A stretch of 64,000 bases of DNA from assembly GCF_006345805.1 (NCBI RefSeq), contig NC_043006.1, positions 73,222,001-73,286,000 of the forward strand. Reading direction: 5' to 3'. The notes beneath the pieces were generated by a model that was given only the letters and a program-made list of their open reading frames with translations, was not told the DNA's origin and made no database searches. Origin of the DNA: Octopus sinensis. Its lineage: Eukaryota. The position numbers were made by a program, and so were the translations under genes. Position 1 is the stretch's first letter; the number at the start of each line of letters is the position of its first letter. Shown here in pieces: positions 51,138-64,000 of the stretch.

Positions 51138-51541
51138 TCGTTCCAGCACACTATCTCAGATTAGGTCACTTGCTATGCAAATACATCTCCGTAATATATT
51201 AATAATTCTGTTAAGAAAGGTGGGGAGAATAAAAAAGAAAGGATAAATATTTCAGCGCTATCTTCTAATAGAAACTGCCTCATTCATTTCAGTTGTATGT
51301 AAGCGTATAATTTAAGCAGTTTCTTGTTAGGTTATTCTGTTATTCTTCTTTTATTTGTTTCAGTCATTTGATTGCGGCCATGCTGGAGCACCGCATTTAG
51401 TCGAACAAATCGGCCCCAGGACTTATTCTTTGTAAGCTTAGTACTTATTCTATCGGTTTCTTTTTGGCGAACCGCTAAGTTACGATGACGTAAACACACC
51501 ATCATCGGTTGTCAAGCGATGGTGGGAGAGGAGAAATACAG

Positions 51542-51572
<31 letters not shown>

Positions 51573-54500
51573 CTCTCTCTCTCTTCTCTCTCTCTCTTTT
51601 ACTCTTTACTCTTTTACTTGTTTCAGTCATATGACTGTGGCCATGCTGGAGCACCGCCTTTAGTCGAGCAAATCGACCTCAGGACTTATTCTATCGGTCT
51701 GTTTTGCCGAACAGCTAAGTAACGGGACGTAAACACACCAACATCGGTTGTCAAGCGATGTTGGGGTGGGTGGGTTTACAAACAGACACACAAACATATA
51801 CACACACATACACACACACACACATATATATATATATACAGATATACGACAGGCTTCTTTCAGTTTCCGTCTACCAAATCCACTCACAAGGCTTTGGTTG
51901 GCCCGAGGCTATAGTAGAAGACACTTGCCCAAGGTGCCACGCAGTGAGACTGAACCCAGAACCATGTGGTTGGTAAGGAAGCTACTTACCACACAGCCAC
52001 TCCTGCGCCTATGTATAATGCTATAATATATAGCTCGTCAAATATATTATGCTATTGCTACTTGCAGCGAATTTTATTTATCGATACGACTGACAGAATT
52101 AGGATGAGTTAAAGATTACGGCGAAAGAAAGAGAGAGAGAGAGCACAGTTTCAGTTGTCGTTATTGCTACTATTTAATCTCATGTTAGGTGTGATTGAGC
52201 AGAGCTATGATTAAGGCATTCTAGTCATAACCATCTCGTATTTTAGGGGATATTTGAGACTACCTTATATATTGTTCTTATTTTTTTTTATGCGCCCTGT
52301 TCAAGCCTAGCCAGGCTCATGGGCCCAGTTTCCCGGTTTCTATGGCGTATGTGTTCCCCCTAGCTGGACGGGAACACATACGCAGCGTTACTCAAGAAAC
52401 AGGAAGAAAGAGTGGGAGAAAGTTGGGGCGAAAGTGTACAACAGGGGTCACACCCCACTGCCGGAGCCTCGTGGAGCTTTTAGGTGATTTCACTCAATAA
52501 ACACAGACAACGCCCGGTCTGGGAATCGAAACCGCGAGTCCGCTGCCCTAAGCACTGGGCCATTGCGCCTCCACTATATACTGTAGCCTTTTTTAAAAAA
52601 AGGTATGGTGTTATTAGAAGGAAATTTGGCTGGTATTTTTTAGTATATCGTGGGACTAACCATGTAGATGCTTCTTAAGAGATGCAAACCCTGAACCTCT
52701 AGGCTAACATTCAAAATTAATCGACTCCATAACCTGAAAACAATCTCTCACGGGATTTGATTATCTTTAATTTTACTTTCCTCAATAAAGAAGGAAGGAC
52801 TTTCATTTGTCCATGGTCTAGTGCACGGTGAAGAATGAATAATTAGGATTGACAGAATTGCTAGAGCGTCGGACAAAATGCCTCTGCGATGTTTACATTC
52901 TGAGTTCAAACTCGCCGGAGTTGATGTTGCCTTTCATTCTTCCGATGGTCGATAAAATAAAGTGGCAGACAGTGGTGATAGTGATGACCGTCGATCTCTC
53001 AGTCGGCCTATAGATACTATATTTGCATTGTTTTTTCGAATTACTGATGACTAGGCGGGATTTGAACTCAAAATATAAAGAGCTAGAACAGATACATCAG
53101 AGTATCTCATCCAGCGCCTCTAACAGTACCGCCAAAGGATGAAAAGCAAAGTTGACCTCAGCGGGATTAGAACTCAGAGCGCTGGCCGTTGAAACAAATG
53201 CCGTGGAGAATCCTACCCAGTATTCTAACGAATCCTGAATGTAGTTAAAGTTCCAGTCTATTTTATCGATTATACCCTCATCTCTCAAATTCGTGATCTT
53301 GTATCTATATTGGAAATTAACTTTTAAGAAAAATGGCTATTGACTAATACAATTGGTAGAGATGTGGGAAAAATGCTTTGTTATTTATGGCTCTTTAGAT
53401 TCTAAGTTCAAATCTCACTGAAGTCAACTTTGCTGTTCATCTTTCCGGTGCTGAAAAAATACATTATCAGTCAAATCTTGAGATTGATGAAATCAACTGC
53501 ATAACTATATCGCTCTCTAAATTAATATTTATGAAAAGTAATGGCGGTGGTGGCTGTCGACGCGTAGTAAGCTCTGATTAAGTAGATCTGTGTTGAAAGG
53601 CGTTCCAGCCGCGACTACTTTATCTCATTTATCTAGTATTATATTATCAAATATATACTTTTCTTTTTAAGATGATATACTATGATTTGAGATTTAGCTG
53701 CTAGATCTACCACGTCGAGTGTCACTTAATGGCTACTGTGTTGTTGTTGTTGTTGTGTTGTTTAACCCCCAGATTAGTCCGGATTGAACAGCACTCCCAT
53801 GATCAAAGGAATTCTAGCCGTGACCTACTCATCTTTTCCTACGTGCGGGGAATCTAGGACCAGAGTATACAGCGTCTCCATTTTAACATGAAATGAGGAA
53901 GATTGGCTGCCGTTTGTAGCCAATTAGATACCGCGCAAAGGTTCGCTCGTTGGCGCCTGTGGCTGTCAGCTGCTACAGAAAGGTAGAGTACTGGAGGCGC
54001 GTGGCTTAGTGGTTAGGGTGTTGAACTCATGATCGTAAGGTTGTGGTTTCGATTCTTGGACCGGGCGATGAGTCTACTCAGCTGGCAAAAATGAGTAATC
54101 CTGCGACGGACCGGTGTCCCGTCCAGATGGGGAATTTCTACGCCACTGAAACCAGGAAACCGACCCTTATGAGCCTGGCATGGCTAGAGAAGAAACATTA
54201 TGTGGAGGCGCAATGACCCAGTGGTTAGGGCAGCGGACTCGCGGTCGGAGGATCGCGGGAAAGGTTGAAAAGGGCGACAAAAAAAAACACAGACACACAT
54301 AAACTCTCTCTCACACACACACGCACACCCACAAACACACACATACGCACACGCGCACACACACGCACAAGCACACACACACATGTACATATTCGTTTAT
54401 TCTTTCTTTTACGTGTTTCAGTCATTTGACTACGGCCATGCTGGAGCACCGCCTTTAGTCGAACAAATCGATCCCCGGGCTTATTCTTTGTAAGTCTAGT

Positions 54501-54811
54501 ACTTATTCTGTTGGTCTCTTTTGCCGAACCGCTAATGTTGTCAAGCGATGTTGTGGGGGGGGGGAACAAACACAGACAAACACATGTTATATATATATAT
54601 AACATGCACAATGAGACAAGAACGCAAAACATCCGGACAACTTGGTGATATAAAAAGGGACAACAAAACATCCAGATAAACGATACAAAGAAAACAAGGA
54701 CGAGTCATTCGGAGTTTTCTATCTTCAGTCAAGAACCGGATTGTCCTCGCAATTTCGGCTGAATATTCTTGAGATTGCTCCAATCTGGCCAGCCCCAAGG
54801 AAAATATTTAT

Positions 54812-55021
54812 TATTAATAATTGTGTATTAAATTTGAAGGCACTAGAAGACATCACCTCAACTGTAGCATCTTATTTTGGCAGTACGCTGGCGGAAGGGG
54901 GATGGTGACATACTTTCATTCATCCTTTGAATTTGGAGCGTAATGGCTTACGCTCGCTCTGATACCATGAGTTGAGGTGATGTCTTCTAGTGCCTTCAAA
55001 TTTAATACACAATTATTAATA
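54812..55021. mobile_element. MITE with perfect 52-bp terminal inverted repeats, 210 bp
   Basis: 54812-54863 is the exact reverse complement of 54970-55021. Confidence 0.9.
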
Positions 55022-55407
55022 TGATTGAAAAGTCCTACGCTGAGGAGGAAAATAGTCAGGTAAGACATAATTATTTAATTTTTATGCTCTGCAATGACTT
55101 AATTCCGAAACGTACGTCCGTAGGTGACTTAATATACAATGATTTTCGTCATTTCTTCTCTTTTGCCTGCGTCGTTTGCTTTTTAAGTGCTTGGTTTTAC
55201 TGGATCTCCCTTTTAAGTAGAAAGAATAGCCAAAACTTTTTGACTGCTATTTCTAAATTCGGTGTGTGGTGAGGCAAATCGTTGCTAAACCCTTAATTAC
55301 TTAGTATTACTTAAACCTTCCTTGAATGGGGCTTTTACATGCCGATCTCTACTTGGCGAAATTAATGATTATTTCTAAATTAATTAATTAATTTCACCCT
55401 ATATTAT

Positions 55408-55445
<38 letters not shown>

Positions 55446-55532
55446 AATCCAAACGGGAAACAAAAAAACAACAACAATGGAACAATTACAGTATTATTAT
55501 TAATAGGCGCTCAGGAAATGGAAGCAGGGAGG

Positions 55533-55563
<31 letters not shown>

Positions 55564-55930
55564 GTAGTAGTCGAAATATACATATCTACGCATATACTCA
55601 CAAATACATAGAAGATAGCATAAGATTATACATTACAATAAAAAAATAATGGGTATGTGATTATATAAAAGCAAGATAGAAATGGCGAAATCTGAAGTAA
55701 ATAGAATATTAACGGGTGTATCGGATAGACTTTAGGTGTCAAGATGTAATGAGAATGTTGGCGAAAGTAATTTATTTGTATAAGTAAGTGCTTACGCGTA
55801 CATACACTTACGTATGGATACATATGTATACATAGGCACAGATATAATATACACGTATAAATACATATATATATGTGTGTGTGTGTATATATATGTATAT
55901 ATATATATATATATTATATAATATATATAT

Positions 55931-55963
<33 letters not shown>

Positions 55964-56184
55964 TCATACGTATTTATATATGTGCAAATATGCACTATAT
56001 ATATATATATGTGCAAATATGCACTTATATATATATGTGCATATTTTTGACATGTATATATAACATATATATTCACTTACCTACGCATTCGCAGTCATAA
56101 AAATAAATAGACATTACACACGCCTCCCACACACACACACATATGTATACATTCGCATATACATACATACATACATACATACAT

Positions 56185-56235
<51 letters not shown>

Positions 56236-57599
56236 CTTTTGCGTTCGTATATATATATATATATGCATATATATGTATGTGTGTATATATATATATATAT
56301 ATACATACGAACGCAAAAGAATTTATATGCATATACGTATACATAGACATACATACATATATATATATACGCACATATACTTATCAGCATACGGGCACAC
56401 GCATATATGTATATATACGCGCGCGCGTACACAGATGCACAATATAAACATATAAATATTAATGCATATACCGATACATACACACGACATACATTGACGA
56501 ATACATAAAAATATAAGATAGAGAAAACCTTCTCTCTCGTTCTTTCTTTTGTCCTTCCTCCCTCCCTTCCTTCCTTCCTTCCTTCCTTCCTTCTTCCTTC
56601 CTTCCTTCCTCCTTCCTTCCTTCCTTCCTTTCTTCCTTCCTTCCTTCCTCCCTCCCTCCCTCCCTCCCTTCCTTCCTTCCTTCCTTCCTTCCTTCCTTCC
56701 TCCCTCCCTCCCTTCCTTCCTTCCTTCCTTCCTTCCTTCCTTCCTTCTTTCTTTCTTTCTTTCTTCTTTCTTCTTTCTTTCTCTCTCTCTCTCTCTCTCT
56801 CTCATTGTCTTCCTATCACCGCAATCGCTGCAGTGTGGTATGAAGTTTGTTTCTCAGTCACATGGTTCCGAGGTCAGTCCTAATACGTGGCACCTTGGGC
56901 AAGTATCGCCTACAATAACCCCGAGCCCACGAAAACCTTTCGAGTGGATTTGGTAGATGGAAACTGATGTTGGACCACTGAATTCAACATGTTTTTTCAT
57001 TCTCTCTCTATTTATTTCCTTTTATTCTTTTTTGTCAAAAGGCGGCGAGGTGGCAGAAACGTTAGCACGCCGGGCGAAATGCTTTGCGGTATTTCGTCTG
57101 CCGTTACGTTCTGAGTTCAAATTCCGCCAAGGTCGACTTTGCCTTTCATCCTTTCGGGGTCGATTAAATAAGTACCAGTTACGCACTGTGGTCAATATAA
57201 TCGACTTAATCCGTTTGTCCGTCCTTGTTTGTCCCCTCTGTGTTTAGCCCCTTGTGGGTAGTAAAGAAATAGGTATTTCGTCCGCCGCTACGTTCTGAGT
57301 TCAAACTCCGCCGAGGTCGACTTTGCCTTTCATCCTTTCGGGGTCGATAAATTAAGTGCCAGTTGCGTACTGGCGTCGATCTAATCGACTTGCCCCCTTC
57401 CCAAATATTTCGGACCCTGTGTCGAAAAGTGTTAAAGACTTTTCCATTTTCTCCCGTGCGTGAAACTAATACACTTGTTTGTTGCTCCTACCCCCATCTT
57501 TGTCTTTTATTTTCTGTAAATTTGAACTCTCCCCCCTCTCTCTCGTTATATATAATATATAATATATATAATATAATATATATAATATAATATAATATA

Positions 57600-57630
<31 letters not shown>

Positions 57631-57988
57631 ATATATATATATATGTATGTAAGTGTGTGTGTTCTCCGTCATTGCTCGACAACTGGTGATGGTTTGTTTA
57701 CCCCGGCAAAAGGGATCGGTAGAATAAGTACCAAACTTTAAAACAAATAACGTTCTAGGATCGATTTGTTCGACTAAACCCCTGAAGGCCGTGCCCTGGC
57801 ATGGCTGCTGTCCAATGAATGAAAGATGTAAACAAATGAAAAGACAAAAAAGTATGTTTTCTGCATAATTATTTTAAAGTATATTGGAAGAATCTTAACT
57901 AAAATGATATCTAAATTTTATAGCTTGCTTAAACTAATAACAAAAACTAGTAATATATTAGGTTAATTCAAATATATGATCTTTCTTT

Positions 57989-58405
57989 GAGTGGCTGTGT
58001 GATAAGTAGCTTGCTTACGAATCACATGGTTCCGGGTTCAGTCCCACTGCGTGGCACCTTGGGCAAGTGTCTTCTACTATAGCCACGGGCCGACCAAAGC
58101 CTTGTGAGTGGATTTAATAGATGGAAACTGAAAGAAGCCCGTCGTATATATGTATATATATATATATATGTATGAATGTGTGTGTGTATATGTTTTGTGT
58201 CTGTATTTGTCCCCCCCACCCACATCGCTTGACAACCGATGCTGGTGTGTTTACGTCCCCGTCACTTAGCGGTTCGGCAAAAGAGACCGATAGAATAAAT
58301 ACTAGGCTTACAAAGAATAAGTTCTGGGGTCGATTTGATCGACTAAAGGCGGTGCTCCAGCATGGCCGCAGTCAAATGACTGAAACAAGTAAAAGAGTAA
58401 AAGAG
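57989..58405 (+). mobile_element. Full-length family A SINE (reference copy)
   Basis: Head, core, internal (TA)/(TG) tract and tail ...ggcggtgctccagcatggccgcagtcaaatgactgaaacaagtaaaagagtaaaagag. Confidence 0.88.
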
Positions 58406-58589
58406 TAAATCGTTCTTGTCCTTAGAAAAAATACATTTAGCCAATTTATTTATTTGAAAAATCAGGCAGCGAATTAGCATTATCGTTAGAGCGTCGGATA
58501 AAATGCCTTGCAGTGTTTGTTCTTACTTTCTGCACTCTGAGTTCAGATACCACCACGTGTCAACTTTACCATTCGTACTTTTCCTGACT

Positions 58590-58898
58590 GGAGGCGCAAT
58601 GGCTCAGTGGTTAGGGCAGCGGACTCGCAGTCGGAGGATCGCGGTTTCGATTCACAGACCGGGCATTGTGAGTGTTTATTGAGCGAATACACCTAAAAGC
58701 TCCACGAGGCTCCGGCAGGGTGGGTGGGGTGGACACCCCTGTTGTACTCTTTCGCCACTACTTTCTCTCAATCTCTCTTCCTGTTTCTTGAGTAACGCTG
58801 CGATGGACTGGCGTCCCGTCCAACTGGGGGAACACATACGCCACAGAAACCGGGCTCATGAGCCTGGCTAGTCTTGAAAAGGGCAAAAAAAAAAAAAA
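58590..58898 (+). mobile_element. tRNA-derived SINE, head H1 + tail T2, with an A-rich end
   Basis: Its 5' ~190 nt matches the 50330 copy but the tail differs; reverse copies at ~52281-52572 and ~26690-26970. Confidence 0.88.
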
Positions 58899-61800
58899 GA
58901 TTAAGATCCCTGGAAAGCAGAGTTCAAATATCGCCATATCCTACGTGAGCGGTATGATTAATACATCGCCTAGTTTAGCACCCCCACCAAGCATCTCGGG
59001 TTCTGTTAAAGGTGTTTGCTCTGTTGCAAGTTTTCCGACCAGGACTCCTGTTTGAACATACCTTTCTCTTTTTCGCCCACCAGCCCTGCAAAGGTCCATG
59101 AGCACTGCCTCTTCCTTTGACTAAAAATACGAAAAGAAAAAAAAAAGATCTCTAAATATTCATTTCAAGTTTTAAAACAGTTGATTCATTCTTAGTTTTC
59201 AGTAATTTACTGAAATTTCCATTTGTTTTTATATTTGTTTTCAAAGACGATTCTCATGTGATCTTTTTCTCATTCCTTATCAACGACAAACTAAATTTCT
59301 TTATCGTTAAATATAATTATCTTATCTCCCGTTCGCATGTACAGTATTCAGCATGTTTCATTTCTTATTTGAGTATTCTTAATTATATATATATTTTTGA
59401 CTTTTCTTTATGCCAACTTCAATTTGCAGTTGACAAATCAAAGCTAACCATCTCATCTATTCAGGCAAATTTTTCCATCTAAACAACAGACCTAAAATCG
59501 CCAGTTCGACTGTATAAATCTCCAAAGACTAAATGCCAACACTAATTCGTCTTGTAGGCCCGTTAATACAAATTGCAACTTCTTTACGAAAGAACTGAGA
59601 TAGTAATGATAAACGGAAGAGATGAGATAGCAATAATAAACGGACTTCACAAGTGTTGATATCGCAATCATTTACATATAGCTTTGCATTAATTTGTACA
59701 GAAATAGAATGTCTGGCCTGAAGAACATAAAAAAGTTTGGGGCGAGGGAAACAACTAATGTTTTCGCAAATGCTTTATCTTTGTCAGTGAGCAAGAGATC
59801 AAGCAGGAATGCTTGTTCTAAACCAGCCACTCCTCACGCATCCTTTTAAATGTACACTTACAACGTTTGATCAAATAATGTAACCAGCGAATCAAGTTTC
59901 AAGATTTGTTGAGCCAAACATTTAATACACGAAAGCCAAATAGATATTTAGAATACCTCAAAGTAAGTCCCAGAAATTGGATACAATTCTGATAGAAGAA
60001 AAAACATACAAAAAGAGAAAATAACATCCAAAAGTAAGATACGATTGTATCTATTGTGAGAATATATAGACGGCCGAGTTGAAACGGTACCAAGAAAGAA
60101 ATGTTCTTCTTTGTCTGCTGTTATAATTTCATTCACATCTATGATGTATCATAGACTGGTTGTGACTGATGCGTTATTTTATCGGTTCCCTAGAAAGGAT
60201 TTGAACTCGGAACCTAAAGCATGCAATTAAATACCGCAAGAAATCCGCCGACCTGCCACTTAAATGTTGATTTCCAAAATGATGCGAATTTCGGAGGAGG
60301 GGTGTTACACACACACACACACGTGCGCGCACGCATATATGCATACGCGTGTGTATGTAAAGATATTTATATGTATATATATGCGTTTGTATATGTATAT
60401 GCATATGTATGTATCTATATATGAGTATAGCAAAAATACACATATGCACACATACGCAGGTATACACACATATATATTTAGAGACTCATTGTCATTTCCT
60501 CTATACCTTACATTATGTAAAACATCAAACATCTACAAATTTCCTGTCACAGATAAAAGAAAAAAAACTTTCTTACGTCACCCATAAATATCACAAGCTT
60601 TTCAATACAAATAATATAAAAGCCAGCTACAGCTGTTGGAAACGGACAGCAACCCAAATACCTTATTATGGCATAAGTTATGAACTAAAAACTCCCTAAT
60701 GTAAATGCTAGAATTCTACTTCAGCTGCATTACATCCTGTCCGTTTAATGGCAGATGTCTCACAAATACACCTATATTTATAGAGCAATATTAACAGCTA
60801 TTAAACGGTGCTGAAAAAATTATATAGGGATCAAGGAGAACGTATTCAAATCAGATAGACATAGAGCACACATGCCTTCATATAAAGTGATCAAATAAAT
60901 TTTATCTCCCGAAAACTGAAGGATGGTGGAATTGATAACATTCCTATAAGTTGTAACAATGTTCAGACTGCAAGCCAATATCCCAACAGATGAAAGCAAT
61001 GCAACCTCTCTGGTCGAAAAATAAAAATAGCATTCAACATTTAATGAGTAAATTGCGTCCATGTGGCAACACATAACAAAATACTAAAAAAAAAAGAAAA
61101 GAAAAAGTAATGACAACAATAAGGCGAATAACTACACTTCACTACCATTAGTATAAACCATTGATTGCAGTTATCATGCAACACTAACATAGTGGAGGCG
61201 CAATGACCCAGTGGTTAAGGCAGCGGACTCGCGGTTTCGATTCCCAGACCGGGCATTGTGAGTGTTTATTGAACAAAAACACTTAAGCTCCACGAAGCTC
61301 CGGCGGGTGGTGGTGGTGAACCCCGCTGTACTCTTTCACCACAACTTTCTCTCACTCATTCTTCCTATTTCTGTCACAAAGCAGACGAACCATGGTGTAA
61401 CCCACTATAGTGTGATAAACTTTCAGACCCTAGTCTAGATTGCGAATCCTCTGTACCCCAGGATGGTTCAGCTCTCCACCCGTTAAAAAAGCCACCGTTT
61501 ACGGAATGAGGATAACAACGTAGGGTCGCGCCCGTACAACCGCCAGTCTATCGCGTGAGGTGGATGGATCTTCAAGTTACCGCACGCATTCTTAGTAGCT
61601 TAGAGTAGGCTCGAATTAGAGATTATTCTTTGTGGCTAATGGCACGATTCCTGATTGGAAGAAGAAGAAGAAGAAGAAGAAGAACACCAACATAGCAATG
61701 ATTTCAATTTGTATAGATATTATCACTATGTTGTACATTTGATAGTCTCGAAGTCAAACCACGCTATTATTTCAAAATTTTGCCACAAACTTAAATATTA

Positions 61801-62310
61801 ATACCTCGGATTAATATAAGATGGTTTGAAGCCGGTGAGCTTTCAGAATCGTTAGCAAGCCGGACATGATGATTAGCAGCATTTCTTACGGCTTTATGCT
61901 CTGAGTTCAAATTCTGTGGAGGTCGACTTCGCTTTTCTTCTCTTCGAGGTCTAGAGAATAAATGCTAGTTGAGCCCTGGGTTCGATGTAACCCCTCCAAA
62001 TTTTAGGCCTTGTACCCATAACGGAAAATAATATAAAGTTGCTAAAAATACGTAAGAAAACAGTTTAGTCTTGTGAACCTATCTCAGTTTTTGCTTAGTA
62101 ATCTGAAAAAAAGAAGAACAATAGCGATCTTCATTGTGATTTGGACTCAGTACTTAGAGGAGAGAGCTTAATACTGTACGGAATCCGGTCTGCTGTTCCA
62201 ATATTTTTGACGCTCTGTCAGTTGAGAGGATATTTGGAAATATATAAGTCAGTTTAAAATAGATAGGTGTTGGAAACACGCAGATCGAGTCTAGTACATT
62301 TACTCTCCAT

Positions 62311-62465
62311 GGGCAATAACCCCACCTCAGGAAATTACTCCCGAGGACAACAGATGATGATTTAAAACTTCTTAATATATTGGATAGGGGGTAATTAACC
62401 GGGGTAGTTGTCGGGGAGAATTGTCCGGTGAGGGGAACTGTCTTAAGGGGTAATTGTCCTGATAC
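62311..62465. repeat. Inverted arrays of a ~13-bp motif GGGGTAATTGTCC
   Basis: About 3 reverse-orientation copies at 62311-62351 and 5 forward copies at 62387-62459. Confidence 0.7.
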
Positions 62466-63239
62466 GCGCAAATCACAAGAATAAAAGTATTTTGCCAGAA
62501 TATTTTCTGTATAAAAATAAATGAAATCGGTTGACTAAAACTCCGTGACATATGAGTTGGGCCTTAACCCTTAAACGATGGATATCAACAGTTGATGTTT
62601 CATTAGAGAACAGGGGACATCCTCAATTTATGTTTTAGTTACAGTTTTGTACTTATTTACAGTGAAAATAAGTATGAAAATTACCCGTTAGGAAAAAAAA
62701 GGGAGATCGTTTTTTATCCGTTTGGCACATTTTCCCACTGTTTAAAGGTTGAAGTACGGTAGTAGTAAAAACTGTAAAGTCTAGTATTCCTCAACCAACC
62801 AAAATGAAAAATGAAGCACGAACGATTATGGTGGTGCTATGAAGTAAACATGCTTCAGATACACTCGAAATATGACAACTTTAAAATGAAAGAACTTCGT
62901 AAATATAAACTTTTCTCAAAAATGCTAAGAGTAAAAGATATTTTATATGACACATTCTACCAGTGTCCAAAGTTTGAAAGTATTTAATAACCAGAAATTA
63001 TTTTCTAAATCTACCGGTCAAAAGCTAAAGATCCGAAGCATCTATCACACGCATATCGCCTCGGCTAGTGGATGCTCAATCTCATATTAGAAGACAGGAC
63101 AACTGTTATGTTCACTGTTTGCTGAAATGCGGATGCAGCCACCGGCGATGGAAAATTTTGAGTAGTAATGGTTGGTTGAGGTATTGTTGCCGGGTCGTTC
63201 TCCAGACGAGCTAATTTCGGGTACACATGATTTCAATAT

Positions 63240-63626
63240 GGATGGAAGCACTCCGTCGGTTACGACGATGAGAGTTCCGGTTGATCCGAATCAACGGAAC
63301 AGCCTGCTCGTGATATTAACGTGTAAGTGGCTGAGCACTCCACAGACACGTGCACCCTTAACGTAGTTCTCGGGGATATTCAGCGTGACACAGAGAGTGA
63401 CAAGGCCGGCCCCTTGAAATACAGGTACAACAGAAACAGGAAGTAAGAGTGAGAGAAAGTTGTGGTGAAAGAGTACAGCAGGGATCACCACCATCCCCTG
63501 CCGGAGCCTCGTGGAACTTTTAGGTGTTTTCGTTCAATAAACATTCACAACGCCCGGTCTGGGAATCGAAACCGCGATCCTATGACTGCGAGTCCGCTGC
63601 CCTAACCACTGGGCCATTGCGCCTCC
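63240..63626 (-). mobile_element. Full-length H1-T1 SINE
   Basis: 11-bp TSD GATTTCAATAT (63229-63239 and 63627-63637); reverse complement of the 50330 copy. Confidence 0.92.
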
Positions 63627-63656
63627 GATTTCAATATACACATGCACATGAATATA

Positions 63657-63830
63657 CGTGGTCTGATCAATAAGTATCTGGACTGTTGTCATAGTAACAA
63701 AGTTCTAGCTCGCAGAATGAAGCCGCTTGGCACATATTGACCTGAACTCTGCTGTGTATGCACACTAAATTTTTAACGTTCTAACTCACTTCTGCTGTTT
63801 ACAGCAGTGCTTGGAAGGAACCTATGCTTG
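63657..63830 (+). mobile_element. Probable 5' end of a mariner-like element
   Basis: TA followed by CGTGGTCTGATCAATAAGTATCTGGACT resembles mariner TIR starts; no partner TIR seen in the window. Confidence 0.35.
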
Positions 63831-64000
63831 TCGGATGATTTCAACACCGATTACACTGCAGAACGTCTGTTGCGAATATATTTTCTGTTAGTTTATACTC
63901 AACTATTTTATTTTCACCTAATAATTCGTTAGCTACCTACTTAGCGCTAGCAGGATAGGCTATGATACCTATAGCTACAAAGCAAGGTGTCACACTTAGG

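Noticed and set aside
54600-54805. Penelope-LTR or hammerhead-like motifs on the minus strand (CTGAAGA...CCGAAT; CTCAAGA...CGAAA)
   Set aside because: Core bases mismatch and the pairing topology does not fit a hammerhead. It is probably a repeat, but I cannot classify it.
62568-62748. Possible second TTAA-type MITE
   Set aside because: The ends are only loosely complementary and the right flank is TTGA; too degenerate to call.

Overview
AT-rich, microsatellite- and SINE-dense animal genomic DNA. The repeat landscape suggests an octopus/coleoid cephalopod (inference). The one protein-coding gene I can support is the 3' ~60% of glucose-6-phosphate isomerase (GPI/PGI) on the + strand: 12 GT-AG coding exons from 1713 to the stop at 40106-40108 that splice in frame to 343 aa. 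The catalytic motifs [19 protein letters not shown] and VELGK are intact, and the upstream exons lie left of the window. None of the supplied ORF-track entries is a complete host gene; they are microsatellite, SINE or transposon read-throughs, or partial overlaps with GPI exons. The rest is a layered record of mobile elements: several tRNA-headed SINE families, a CR1/L2-type LINE 3' end, a non-autonomous Helitron, piggyBac-type (TTAA) MITEs, mariner, maT (DD37D-like) and rosa-like Tc1/mariner relics, and unclassified palindromic elements. Best leads: (1) a probable 3'-UTR intron whose donor sits 5 nt after the stop codon, next to an AATAAA that overlaps the stop; (2) a ~95-bp-arm intronic hairpin with G-U-biased mismatches; (3) a CpG-depletion domain matching the gene body; (4) a 2-head x 3-tail combinatorial SINE system, plus a LINE that shares its 3' tail with one SINE family; (5) SINE-into-SINE insertion at homologous positions. 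I found no CRISPR array, rRNA or bona fide tRNA gene, and nothing I can assert is a wholly new biological system.
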